NCBI GenBank assembly: GCA_050250375.1
Contig: JBFWOS010000001.1
Coordinates: 830,361-894,360, forward strand
Length of the DNA: 64,000 nt
Origin: Candidatus Omnitrophota bacterium
Lineage (GTDB): Bacteria > Omnitrophota > Gorgyraeia > Zapsychrales > Zapsychraceae
Direction of reading: 5' to 3'
Position 1 is the stretch's first letter. The number at the start of each line of letters is the position of its first letter. Shown here piece after piece: positions 29,944 through 39,273 of this stretch. The notes beneath the pieces are model-generated. The model did no database searches. It worked only from the letters and a program-made list of their open reading frames with translations, and was not told the DNA's origin. A program made the position numbers and the translations under genes.

Positions 29944-31899
29944 CTAAAAATTTATTTTGTATTTCATCATGATTTCCGCCTCTTCCACTTCTTCGGCCCC
30001 CAAATTTGTTCCGTCGGTATTCTTAAATTCTTTATTGATATCCAGCGTGATCCGCTTTGATACCCGGATTTCGCTCCCCACTTTCTGGGTCAGGACTCCG
30101 TTGTTTGTTGTTTTGGCAGGATCTGTTTCACTCTGAACTTCATATTTGACTTCGACCCCTTCGGATAATTTCTTAGAAGCCCCGATCCCTTTGCGGTCCG
30201 GTCCGAAGCTGACTGAAAAATCGGTCAGTCCGAAGCGTTCCGCCACTTTATTGCCGGTCCCGCCGAAAAACATAAATTCAATCAAGTCTTTAGTCAGCTT
30301 GGGAGAAACGCTTCCGGTCGCGATGGATTCATCAATGCTCTCCCATTTTTTCCCCGTGGCCAGCATCAAAAACAATTCGTGCTCAGGCAGAGACGGTTCC
30401 GATGATAAATTGATCTCCGGCTCCTCTAATGTTCCTTCAACACCAACATGGATCAATACTTTACTGATGGTGGTTTCGCCGTTGATGTCCAGCCTCGGGT
30501 TCTCCGGATTCCCGGAAAAATACAGCTTGCTCGGTTTTAACTTCAGAGACGTACGTTTAGCCGTTACCTTGCCTTTGTTGAGCGCGACTTCTCCGGACAC
30601 CTGCAGATAAGACAATATGTCTTTAAACTTTAAATCAATTTCAACCGGACTTTCTTTTAAAGTCACCATCCGGTTATCCAGCTCGACCGCCAGCAGGTTT
30701 CCTGTCACGACGGGATTTTCATAGCGCCCCTGTATCCTGACATCAACTTTCTTAACCAGGCCCTGCAAATAATTGGTATGGGAATTTTTGGGGATGTATC
30801 CGGCAATTTCGCTGACATCCAAAGAAGTGGTATAAATAACGGCATTCAATTCCCCCGCACTATAATCTCCATTAAGGACCACCGGGTCCGAGACCGGCAG
30901 TTTCAAACGCGCGTTATTGATCCGCACATCCAGCCCGTTGATATCAAACGAATTAACCTTAACAAATAATTCCTGAATCTTGAATTCACTGTTTTCCGGG
31001 AGTTCCTTTAATCCGGTCACCGTCAACCTGGCGGTTACAGCCGGAGTTGTATAGTGCCCCCGAATCTTTGCATCCAGATGTGTGACCATTCCCGGCAAAT
31101 ATTTTATGTCCTGGTTCGCAAAAAAATGCCCGGCCAATTCCCGGACATCGATGGAATCTGATTGCACCCCAGCCTCTACATTACCTTTGTTGAATGATCC
31201 GTTCAAAACAATATCCGTCGAACCCGGCACTTTCAGACGTGCCTGGAAACCCTGAATATCCAGTCCATCAAAATCAAATGAAGAAGCCTTAACATATATC
31301 TCTTCAACCGTCAGTTCACTATTTTCCGGAAGCTCTTTTATATCTGTAACAACCAAACGGGCACGTACGGCCGGCGCAGTATAATGCCCCTGAATCTGTG
31401 CATCCAGATGTTTAACAAACCCCGGGAAGTGTTCAATGTCCTGGCTCTTTAGAAAATGCCCCGCTAATCGTCGAACATCCACAGAATCGGATTGCAGGAC
31501 GGCATCGATATTTCCCTTATCAAATGATCCGTTCAAGACAATATCAGCTGAGCCAGGCACCTGCAAACGCGCATTGACAGCCTGGATGTTCACCCCGTCG
31601 ATGTCAAATGACGAAACGATGACATATAACTCATCGACCCTGACCTCACAATTCTCCGGAAGTTCTTTCCAGTCTTTGAGACGCAGGCCATAGAACCGCA
31701 TCCCCGTGATCAGGTCGCCATCAACTGATTCAAACTCAAAGGTATCATCGGAAGAATAAATCTTGAGGGCTTGCTCGACAGCCATCCGGCCGCCAGAAGA
31801 GGTAAATAAAACAAAATATAAGCCGCACCCAAAACCCAGGATCAAAACCAGAATACTAATCAATATTACTTTTCGAATATACTTTATATTAATCTTCAT
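29944..31899 (-). CDS. TamB/AsmA-like translocation protein with an internal triplication
   Basis: N-terminal anchor; C-terminal FSGNPENPRLDI..GTLEEPEINLSSEP DUF490-like motif. Confidence 0.8.
   Translation of the reverse strand: MKINIKYIRKVILISILVLILGFGCGLYFVLFTSSGGRMAVEQALKIYSSDDTFEFESVDGDLITGMRFYGLRLKDWKELPENCEVRVDELYVIVSSFDIDGVNIQAVNARLQVPGSADIVLNGSFDKGNIDAVLQSDSVDVRRLAGHFLKSQDIEHFPGFVKHLDAQIQGHYTAPAVRARLVVTDIKELPENSELTVEEIYVKASSFDFDGLDIQGFQARLKVPGSTDIVLNGSFNKGNVEAGVQSDSIDVRELAGHFFANQDIKYLPGMVTHLDAKIRGHYTTPAVTARLTVTGLKELPENSEFKIQELFVKVNSFDINGLDVRINNARLKLPVSDPVVLNGDYSAGELNAVIYTTSLDVSEIAGYIPKNSHTNYLQGLVKKVDVRIQGRYENPVVTGNLLAVELDNRMVTLKESPVEIDLKFKDILSYLQVSGEVALNKGKVTAKRTSLKLKPSKLYFSGNPENPRLDINGETTISKVLIHVGVEGTLEEPEINLSSEPSLPEHELFLMLATGKKWESIDESIATGSVSPKLTKDLIEFMFFGGTGNKVAERFGLTDFSVSFGPDRKGIGASKKLSEGVEVKYEVQSETDPAKTTNNGVLTQKVGSEIRVSKRITLDINKEFKNTDGTNLGAEEVEEAEIMMKYKINF
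30691..31680 (-). repeat. Three tandem 330-bp (110 aa) intragenic repeats
   Basis: KELPEN-encoding segments at 30991, 31321 and 31651, spaced exactly 330 bp. Confidence 0.9.
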
Positions 31900-31997
31900 A
31901 CTTAGTTATATATTATAACCAAATTCGCCATTAAATGGAAATTATAAAACCCCGTACATTCGATTAATCGGACCGGGATCAATGTCGATTAAATCAA

Positions 31998-32222
31998 TTA
32001 ATCAATGCTGACGAAAATCTTTTTGTAGGTTTCTTTGAGGAGCTGCTTGGCTTGGAGGGAGTCTTTATCGACTTCACTTAGAATATGCCAGGCGATAAAA
32101 GCCGCGCGGTCATATTTTCTGGAGTCGAACAACTGGTTGGCTTGAGTGAGTAAATATTCCATCTGTTCGTTCGGGTCATCAATTCTTTTCATATGATCCA
32201 TTTCCACCATCGCTTTCGTCAT
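31998..32222 (-). CDS. Small helical protein, paralog of the upstream gene (start uncertain)
   Basis: Shares a YL..A..(F/L)....Y..A..I.....D..S..A..L pattern with 32272..32574. Confidence 0.6.
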   Translation of the reverse strand: MTKAMVEMDHMKRIDDPNEQMEYLLTQANQLFDSRKYDRAAFIAWHILSEVDKDSLQAKQLLKETYKKIFVSID

Positions 32223-32271
32223 TAATCTGGCGTAGACCAGAAATAATGACCAGCGTTCTGCAGGATTAATA

Positions 32272-32574
32272 TTACGACCCCTTCTCAAATTTTGTCCGGA
32301 ATGTGTCCAGGATATCATTGGCAGCGGTCGATTCTCCATCAATATTATAGATTATGTATTCCGTGACTTCTCTGGCATTCCTGTAATCACGTTTTTGAAT
32401 AAACTTACGGGCATTTCCGATCAGGTAATCATGACGGTCAATGTGGTCGGGGATAATTTCCGCTTTGGCGATCACAGCATCAGCAGTAGGGTTGCGGCTT
32501 TCCGTGGCAAAACTGATAAAACTGATCCCGGCTGTAAAAACAACCAGAAATCCTATTCTGGAAAATTTTTTCAT
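32272..32574 (-). CDS. Small secreted helical protein
   Basis: RBS GAGGAG; signal peptide MKKFSRIGFLVVF. Confidence 0.75.
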   Translation of the reverse strand: MKKFSRIGFLVVFTAGISFISFATESRNPTADAVIAKAEIIPDHIDRHDYLIGNARKFIQKRDYRNAREVTEYIIYNIDGESTAANDILDTFRTKFEKGS

Positions 32575-32723
32575 CAAGGCGCTCTCCTCTAATTGACATT
32601 CAAATAAATGGTTTAACCAAATCAATTTTCTGATGACCTCGATTCAACGGTTTTTTAATTTGGGTGCCGGCCATCTGCCGCCGGCACCCGGGTGTTACGG
32701 GGGAGAACTAGTAGTGAATCAAA

Positions 32724-33083
32724 TTACAATTTTTCTGTGCCGGATCCTTCATCTGAGGCTTCAAGATCGGTTTCGTTGATCAGTATAGCCACTTTTCCGC
32801 CGTCTGTTTCTTTATATTCAATCTCAACGCTGTCGCCCTGATCGATATCTTCGTTCGTGGCTTCTTCGTTGAAGCTTGTTTCTGCGTTAATTGCCAGTTC
32901 AAATTGACTGACTTCATCGTTTTCCGTACTTTCTTCCTGGATCACGATGTGTTCGGAAGTGATTTCGATGACTGTCCCGCGGACAAGTTTCTTGGCATCA
33001 CTTTCTAAAGCGCGTACGGGCACGGCCAAAACAGCACACAAGACACCGGCCAAAAATACAGTCATCATTAATTTTGCGTTCAT
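32724..33083 (-). CDS. Secreted acidic beta-barrel protein (DUF5666/OB-like)
   Basis: Signal peptide; GTVIEI...GDSVEIEY pattern; RBS AAGGAG. Confidence 0.7.
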   Translation of the reverse strand: MNAKLMMTVFLAGVLCAVLAVPVRALESDAKKLVRGTVIEITSEHIVIQEESTENDEVSQFELAINAETSFNEEATNEDIDQGDSVEIEYKETDGGKVAILINETDLEASDEGSGTEKL

Positions 33084-33203
33084 GGAAAACTCCTTTGTAA
33101 AAATTCTTGTTAACAACATGGTTTGAATTATATGCTTAATGTTTTCAGGAAGCATTTCCTGATATTACCCCCCGTTTATTGACATCACTGTAACAAAATG
33201 AAC

Positions 33204-33230
33204 ATTAAGAGAAGATTAAAAACAAATTAA
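33204..33230 (-). promoter_or_regulatory. OmpR-family direct-repeat operator (TTAAT-N6, three copies)
   Basis: ATTAA at 33204, 33215 and 33226 (11-bp period), upstream of a TACAGT -10-like box. Confidence 0.55.
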
Positions 33231-33234
33231 TTTT

Positions 33235-34773
33235 CTAAACAGGCTGGCCGGAATGGCTGGATACGGACCTCGGCAGGGTAATATGAAATGCGGCGCCTTC
33301 ATTTATGCGGCTTTTGACAGAGATAGACCCTTTATGAAGCCTGGCAATGGACTGGGCAATACTTAAACCCAGGCCGTGGCTATGGTGGCCCTCACTGGCG
33401 GTGTGATAAAAACGATTGAATATTTTAGGGATATCTTCCGGGCGTATCCCTATTCCGGAATCCCTGACCGTAATCAGAAAATCATGTCTTGAACCGGTCA
33501 CCCCAAACTCAATAACGCCGTTTTTAGGCGTGAACTTGATCGCGTTATCCAGGATATTGAAAAAAAGCCGTCTGAGATGGACCTTATCGGCCGTTATGGT
33601 CTCGGCTGTTTTGGGCAGGCTGGATTTTATCTTAATTGATTTGGGCCGTGCCAGCAGTTTGGCCTGGCTGATAATTTCCTCCAGATAGGAAATAAAATCA
33701 AACTCTTCAAATTTAAAGACCTGGGGCTGATAATCAATCCTGGTCAGCAGCAACAGGTCATTAACAATGCGCAGCATCTTCTCAACCTCTTCCAGATTGA
33801 TTTTCATGGCTCTTTTGTATTCGATGATTGACCGTTTTTCCAACAGCGCGAGTTCCGTCTCGCCTTTGATAATGGTCAACGGTGTTTTAAGTTCATGGGC
33901 GACATGCGAACTGAATTCATCAATCAGGGCGAACGACCGCTCGAGCCGGTTGATCATTTCATTAAAATCATCCATGAGATACTTTACTTCTATGTAAACA
34001 TTTTTTGTTTCCACTCTGGCCGACAGGTCTTCATGGGATATTTTCCGCGCGATGGTCGCGATTTCTTCAACAGGCTTCAGGATCCTCCGGACAAAAATGC
34101 GGCCGATGAAACTGGTCAGGACAAGAAAGACAGGGATGCTGATAAGGACGGATGTCAGCAGGTTGATGATCAGGTTGATAATTTCTTTCTGGTACGTCCC
34201 GACCTGCAGGATGTATTTTTCTTTCCCCTTGTATGTGAAGGGATAATTAATCAGGCGTATCTTTTTCTGCGTGTAATCAATCGTCTGGTATGTGGTCAAC
34301 CCCGGGTTGGTCAGATCAACGCTGGACCGAAACAGGTCGATGAGTTCATCTGATATGTTCGCAGAACGGGCGATCGAGGCCCGGTTGACCGATATAAAAT
34401 TAATATAAAAATCGCTCAGCTCCAGTTTCTCCAGCTGCTTGAACCACCTCTTCTCAAATTTCCTGGTCCACCAGCGGCTTTGCTGTTTTTGTTCATCCTG
34501 GATCGTCTTCGCAAGAGCGAATTTCAACGGCTCAGCTTCCTCCCCCCTGACTTCCAGGTATGAGTTGATCGAGGAACTGATATTGATGGCGGCCAGCTCA
34601 AGATCTTTGTCCTGCTGGACAAACACGGTCCGGAACAAAATTAAATACAAGACCCCGCTGAAAATGATGAGAATAATAAACAGGATGAGACTGTATAAAG
34701 AACTGATTTCAAAAGTAATGGAATGATGTTTGACAGGCAGGGGTTTCTTTCCTGAGGACGGACGGTCAGGCAT
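33235..34773 (-). CDS. HAMP-domain sensor histidine kinase
   Basis: Two TM segments, HAMP, AHELKTPL H-box, NILDNAIK, DSGIGI and GLGLSI. Confidence 0.95.
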   Translation of the reverse strand: MPDRPSSGKKPLPVKHHSITFEISSLYSLILFIILIIFSGVLYLILFRTVFVQQDKDLELAAINISSSINSYLEVRGEEAEPLKFALAKTIQDEQKQQSRWWTRKFEKRWFKQLEKLELSDFYINFISVNRASIARSANISDELIDLFRSSVDLTNPGLTTYQTIDYTQKKIRLINYPFTYKGKEKYILQVGTYQKEIINLIINLLTSVLISIPVFLVLTSFIGRIFVRRILKPVEEIATIARKISHEDLSARVETKNVYIEVKYLMDDFNEMINRLERSFALIDEFSSHVAHELKTPLTIIKGETELALLEKRSIIEYKRAMKINLEEVEKMLRIVNDLLLLTRIDYQPQVFKFEEFDFISYLEEIISQAKLLARPKSIKIKSSLPKTAETITADKVHLRRLFFNILDNAIKFTPKNGVIEFGVTGSRHDFLITVRDSGIGIRPEDIPKIFNRFYHTASEGHHSHGLGLSIAQSIARLHKGSISVKSRINEGAAFHITLPRSVSSHSGQPV

Positions 34774-35447
34774 TAAGAGCCTTCTTTTAAGATGTAACCC
34801 GTCCCGCGAACGGTATGAATGAGTTTCTTGCCGGCATTGGTGTCGACCTTATTCCTTAGATAACGGATATGGACATCAATGACATTCGTGAAACTGTTGA
34901 AGCTTTCTTTCCAGACATGCTCTGAAATCATGGTGCGGGTGACGACCTGGTTGGCGTTCAGCATCAAATATTCCAGCAGACCGTATTCTTTGCTGGTCAG
35001 AGGAATTTCCTTGTTGCCCCTCATAACCTGATGATTGAGCATATTCAGCTCCAGGTCACCAATCTTGATGGAATCAACTTTCTCCTGGCGTTCCCTTCTC
35101 AAAAGCGCCCGGACGCGCGCCAGCAATTCACTGAAAGAAAACGGCTTGGTCAGGTAATCATCCGCCCCGGCATTCAGTCCCGAAACCTTGTCTTTCACCG
35201 CGTCCCTGGCCGTCAGCATCAGGATGGGTGAGTTGATTTTCTGCTCTCTTAATTCCCGGCAGATGGCCACACCATCTTTTTTGGGAAGCATGATGTCAAG
35301 AAGGATCAAATCATAAGGATTGATCTCGGCCAGGTAAAGCCCTTCTTCCCCGTCATAAGCCACATCAACCGTATAGTGGTGTTCCTTCAAACCGCGCTCA
35401 ATAAAACTGGCGATTTTCTTTTCATCTTCAACCAATAGAATTCTCAT
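34773..35447 (-). CDS. OmpR-family response regulator (CusR-like)
   Basis: [20 protein letters not shown] and TVRGTGY motifs. Confidence 0.96.
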   Translation of the reverse strand: MRILLVEDEKKIASFIERGLKEHHYTVDVAYDGEEGLYLAEINPYDLILLDIMLPKKDGVAICRELREQKINSPILMLTARDAVKDKVSGLNAGADDYLTKPFSFSELLARVRALLRRERQEKVDSIKIGDLELNMLNHQVMRGNKEIPLTSKEYGLLEYLMLNANQVVTRTMISEHVWKESFNSFTNVIDVHIRYLRNKVDTNAGKKLIHTVRGTGYILKEGS

Positions 35448-35599
35448 CTCTCTACTCCCCTAAAAGTGATTAATGATTATTGGTTTTCTCAATTCCGGTG
35501 ACATTCTACGCAAAAAAAAGAAATCAAACAAGCATATTTTCCAACCGGGAATTAATTATTTATAAATCGTTTATTTGAAGCGAGTTATAATGCGATAAT

Positions 35600-36121
35600 T
35601 TACAGCCATCCGCAAAAGACCAGCGCACAGATTGTTTTTGCGTCACTAATTTTCCGGTGGGCGACCATGGATTTAATTTCGGGCCGGCTGACAATCCTGG
35701 TTGAAATGATCTCATCCTGATCTTTTTCGGCATGCTGCGGCATGAGCTGTTGAGCCTGATAAAGATAAATGACTTCGTTGGTATATCCGGGAGCAGGATA
35801 TATTTTCCCCAATCCGGAAAACTGGCCGCCTTTATATCCCGTCTCTTCAATCAATTCGCGTTTCGCGCAGACCAACGGGCTCTCATTGGGGTCGATTGTG
35901 CCGCAGGGTAATTCAAACAGATATTTGCCCAGCGCCGGCCGGTATTGCCGCAACAAAATAATATTCCGGTTGTCCATAAAAGGAACAATCAGGACAGCCC
36001 CGGGATGATCAATCATCCGGAATTGTCTGGTCAGACCATTCGGTAATTTCTTGCTGCAGATCTTATATTTAAATTTTCCTTTCTTCATCGTAAAAACCCT
36101 GTTCCTTCCCCGGATTTTCAT
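35600..36121 (-). CDS. NUDIX hydrolase (ADP-ribose pyrophosphatase NudF-like)
   Basis: HPGAV, QYR, AKRELIEETG, PGYTNE and DAKT motifs. Confidence 0.9.
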   Translation of the reverse strand: MKIRGRNRVFTMKKGKFKYKICSKKLPNGLTRQFRMIDHPGAVLIVPFMDNRNIILLRQYRPALGKYLFELPCGTIDPNESPLVCAKRELIEETGYKGGQFSGLGKIYPAPGYTNEVIYLYQAQQLMPQHAEKDQDEIISTRIVSRPEIKSMVAHRKISDAKTICALVFCGWL

Positions 36122-36125
36122 ATTC

Positions 36126-36155
36126 CTGAATTGTCGCCGCGCGGCGACAATTCAG
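36126..36155. repeat. Perfect 30-bp palindrome
   Basis: CTGAATTGTCGCCGC|GCGGCGACAATTCAG. Confidence 0.9.
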
Positions 36156-36170
36156 TTACATTATGTAAAC

Positions 36171-37007
36171 TTATAGATGATCAACCCGGTATGCATCCTC
36201 CGGCACCAGAGTTGTCTCCAGTTGAATTAATTTCATCTTCCATTTGTCGGCCGGGTCCTGACTGATAAACTCCCCGTCTGATAGACGGAAATAATATGTC
36301 CGGTTAAAAAACTGTTCCCCCAGGCCGGTGGCCGCCCAATAAACCTTGAGAGCGTCAAATGTTTCTCCGTTTAGAGTAATTTGGTGTATCCCCTTTTTCT
36401 GGGCCTTCATCCTGAACTCGGTCAGTTCGTCTGTACGGAATCCCCAGAATTCTATTTTATTCTGTCCGGATAAAACAAAACCTTTCAGGCCGAGTTTCGG
36501 ATTGTAATAAAATGGAAGATCATCCTTGAGAACAATCGTTTTGGAAAAATCTTTATTTTTGAATTTTCCTTTAAGGACAAGGGTTTTCCCCTGTTTTCCC
36601 CCCGTATATAACGTACCCGCGGTGGAAAGGCTTGATTGCCACTGCAATGTTTCCCACTGCTCGTTGAGAAGATATTCCTCCACCAGCGGAAAATCTTTTT
36701 TTATCAGGAACCATTGTACAAATTTGTTCCCTCCAGGCTGTTCGGTGATATAAACAATCGTCTTGTCGATCGTGTTATTTGTTTCGGAATCAACCGCTTC
36801 ATACGTTAATTGTTTGCGGACAATTTTATCTTCAACGGGAGCGTATCGATCTTCAATCTTAAGAATCTTCTCCGGTATCATCATGACGGTTTGACTGCCA
36901 GCGGTTACAGAGACCTTGCTTGTTTCGGTTTCTGCCGGTTGTTTTAAAATATAAAAAAATTCTATCCCCAGACAAACTACGGTCAAAAAAATAATTACTT
37001 TTCGCAT
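36171..37007 (-). CDS. Membrane-anchored beta-rich hypothetical protein
   Basis: N-terminal hydrophobic anchor; beta-meander-like body. Confidence 0.7.
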   Translation of the reverse strand: MRKVIIFLTVVCLGIEFFYILKQPAETETSKVSVTAGSQTVMMIPEKILKIEDRYAPVEDKIVRKQLTYEAVDSETNNTIDKTIVYITEQPGGNKFVQWFLIKKDFPLVEEYLLNEQWETLQWQSSLSTAGTLYTGGKQGKTLVLKGKFKNKDFSKTIVLKDDLPFYYNPKLGLKGFVLSGQNKIEFWGFRTDELTEFRMKAQKKGIHQITLNGETFDALKVYWAATGLGEQFFNRTYYFRLSDGEFISQDPADKWKMKLIQLETTLVPEDAYRVDHL

Positions 37008-37023
37008 AAAATTGGCGCCGGGT

Positions 37024-37680
37024 TTACTTTTGTTCCCGGACAAAATGGACAATCCGTGAATAAACTGGGTACGGCAGAAGTCCGACGGCATAGGAAGTCC
37101 ATTCGTAATGGATATCCTTCCAAATCTCTGCCAGATCTAATTTGGAATTAGGTTTTGAATAAGGATGCGGAGCCCACTGAACGATCCGGCCCTGAAAATA
37201 TTTACTTTCCCTCATCTTCTTGATCCGGTGAATATGTAAAGGAGAACTGATCAAGATCACCGAATACCATTTGTTGTTGCGCAGGATCGGTGCCGTATAC
37301 CGCAGGTTGGTTTTGGTGTCATACGAATGCGGCTCCAGAAATATATTTTCTTCTTTGACGCCGTTTCGCAGCAGATATTCTTTCATCATCTGTGCGCCTG
37401 AAAAATGGCGGTTCGGCCGGTGGCCCCCCACACATAAATATCGGTCAAAAAAACCCTGTTCCTGAAGTTTGAGGGCATGATCCAAACGTTGACGGGTCTT
37501 CGGTCCGATATCCGTGAAATTTTCATTCACGTCGCCCATCAAGACGATGGCAAGCTCGGCCCTTTCAAGATACTCCGTCTTCTCATCCGCAGTCACGCTC
37601 ATAAACCAGACAAACGAAACCAGAAGGTCCACCGCAAATAAGAAAAAGACGCTGAATAACACTCTTTTAAGAATTTTCAT
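37024..37680 (-). CDS. YdcF/DUF218 family protein
   Basis: IVLMG, RL..A, VGG, E..SYDT..N, SSPLHIHR and terminal E motifs. Confidence 0.88.
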   Translation of the reverse strand: MKILKRVLFSVFFLFAVDLLVSFVWFMSVTADEKTEYLERAELAIVLMGDVNENFTDIGPKTRQRLDHALKLQEQGFFDRYLCVGGHRPNRHFSGAQMMKEYLLRNGVKEENIFLEPHSYDTKTNLRYTAPILRNNKWYSVILISSPLHIHRIKKMRESKYFQGRIVQWAPHPYSKPNSKLDLAEIWKDIHYEWTSYAVGLLPYPVYSRIVHFVREQK

Positions 37681-37696
37681 TTCAAATGGTCTCTCA

Positions 37697-38269
37697 TCAA
37701 TTTTGTTCCTGGTTTCTGCCGAGAATTTTATCGCGGTGCGGAAACCGGTTATACGCCTCAATGATTTGCTGATACCTGCGTGCGTATTTCAGGTTTCCCT
37801 CATAATATGCATGGTTCCCCGGCTGCTGCCGTTTGACGTTTTCAGCCAATGCGGTGAAACACCGGACGGACAATTCCTGCATGGCCTGATTTTCCGCGTG
37901 CATGAACGGCATATAAACAAAAAGACGCTCGATATTCATCAGCTCCAGATCCTGGCCTTCCGCGATCATGCGGTTGGATAACGCGCAGGCCTGTTCATCA
38001 AACCGGTAAGCCATCGGTGTGTCCCGGTAAATATTACGGGACAATTGGTCATAAAGGACAATCACGGCCAGCCGTTCCCGCGGGCTCTTCGGCATATCCG
38101 GGCTGATCCCGCCGTTTAACAAATATGCCTCAAACCTTGCCTTCACGTCCTTGTCAAAACTTTTGCTGGTCAAAAACCATTTCCGGAAAGGATTATCATT
38201 CTTGCGGATAACCGTTTCGTCGGTAATCCCTTCAAACCAGAACGCATGGATTTCATCAAATGGTGTCAT
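37697..38269 (-). CDS. DUF924 family protein
   Basis: FWF, DQLSRNIYR, YMPFMHAE and RFPHR..LGR motifs. Confidence 0.92.
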   Translation of the reverse strand: MTPFDEIHAFWFEGITDETVIRKNDNPFRKWFLTSKSFDKDVKARFEAYLLNGGISPDMPKSPRERLAVIVLYDQLSRNIYRDTPMAYRFDEQACALSNRMIAEGQDLELMNIERLFVYMPFMHAENQAMQELSVRCFTALAENVKRQQPGNHAYYEGNLKYARRYQQIIEAYNRFPHRDKILGRNQEQN

Positions 38270-39059
38270 CGTCTAATCTTGACTGAGCGGCCGCCCCGCT
38301 TGTTTCAATCAGATATTCTGTCCGGATGTTCCGGAGGCTGTTGAATATATTTATGACAATATCCGGATTATTTTGCTCAAACTCCCGCAGCATCTTTTTG
38401 ATAATCATGCGGTGGGATGTATCATCGTTAGCGCATTTGGACTGGCCGATCGCCGTGATCCCGAGTTTCTCCGCAAGCACCCGCATGGCCTCTTCCCTGA
38501 CATACGCCAGCGGCCTGATCAAAGTTATTTTACCGTCGAACAGGATCTGGTTCGGCTTCATCGCCCCGATCTCCCCGCGGTAAAACTGATTCAGAACAAT
38601 CGTCTCAGCAATATCGTCAATGTGATGGCCGAAGGCGATCTTGTTCAGCTTTTCCCTGTCGCACAATTGAAACAGGGCCTTGCGTCTGTTCCTGGACCAC
38701 CAATAGCAGTCGATGTCGCCGTATTTCTCACCTTTCAGCCAGTCAATCTTCTCTATTATATACGGAAAATCATGGACTTTCAGATAGTCCACCAGCCGCT
38801 GGGAATCAAAATCAGAAAATTCAAAATCGATATGGACAGCCAGAAATTCAAATTTGACCGGGCTCATTTTAAGACGGTGCCGCAAAACGTGCAAAAGTGA
38901 CAGGCTGTCTTTCCCCCCCGAAACCGCAACCGCGATGCGGTCTCCCGGGTGAATGAGGTCAAAATCCTTGATCGCTTTCCCCGCTCTTTTGGAAACGGAC
39001 AGAAGCTCGGGAATTTCTTTTATTCTTTTCTTTTTCGGATTAAGTGGTTCGTCCGTCAT
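38256..39059 (-). CDS. ttcA: TtcA-like tRNA 2-thiocytidine biosynthesis protein (CxxC altered to CxxW)
   Basis: SGGKDS PP-loop, GHHIDD and IRPL; CYWWSRNRR at the CxxC position. Confidence 0.8.
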   Translation of the reverse strand: MTDEPLNPKKKRIKEIPELLSVSKRAGKAIKDFDLIHPGDRIAVAVSGGKDSLSLLHVLRHRLKMSPVKFEFLAVHIDFEFSDFDSQRLVDYLKVHDFPYIIEKIDWLKGEKYGDIDCYWWSRNRRKALFQLCDREKLNKIAFGHHIDDIAETIVLNQFYRGEIGAMKPNQILFDGKITLIRPLAYVREEAMRVLAEKLGITAIGQSKCANDDTSHRMIIKKMLREFEQNNPDIVINIFNSLRNIRTEYLIETSGAAAQSRLDDDTI

Positions 39060-39109
39060 CAGTGTCACCCGCGTGAATGATTGTATCCATTTTGAAATAA
39101 TGGGCCTAA

Positions 39110-39256
39110 CTATTTGGACGGGGCCCCAAGCTGTTCAGGCGCGCCTTCCAGTGAAGGCAATTTTAATTTCTTCCCAGACTTTTCACAACCGCCCGCCATA
39201 ACCGCAACACACATCAAAATAAGCAACCATCTCATACTCATAAATTGATTTCTCAT
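39110..39256 (-). CDS. 48-aa small lipoprotein, below the ORF-track cutoff
   Basis: RBS AAAGGAG; MRNQFMSMRWLLILMCVAVMAGGCEKSGKKLKLPSLEGAPEQLGAPSK*. Confidence 0.7.
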   Translation of the reverse strand: MRNQFMSMRWLLILMCVAVMAGGCEKSGKKLKLPSLEGAPEQLGAPSK

Positions 39257-39273
39257 ATCCCACTCCTTTGATC

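Noticed and set aside
32662-32689. GC-rich stem-loop as an intrinsic terminator
   Set aside because: The stem is real but has no U-tract on the transcribed strand, so its function is unsupported
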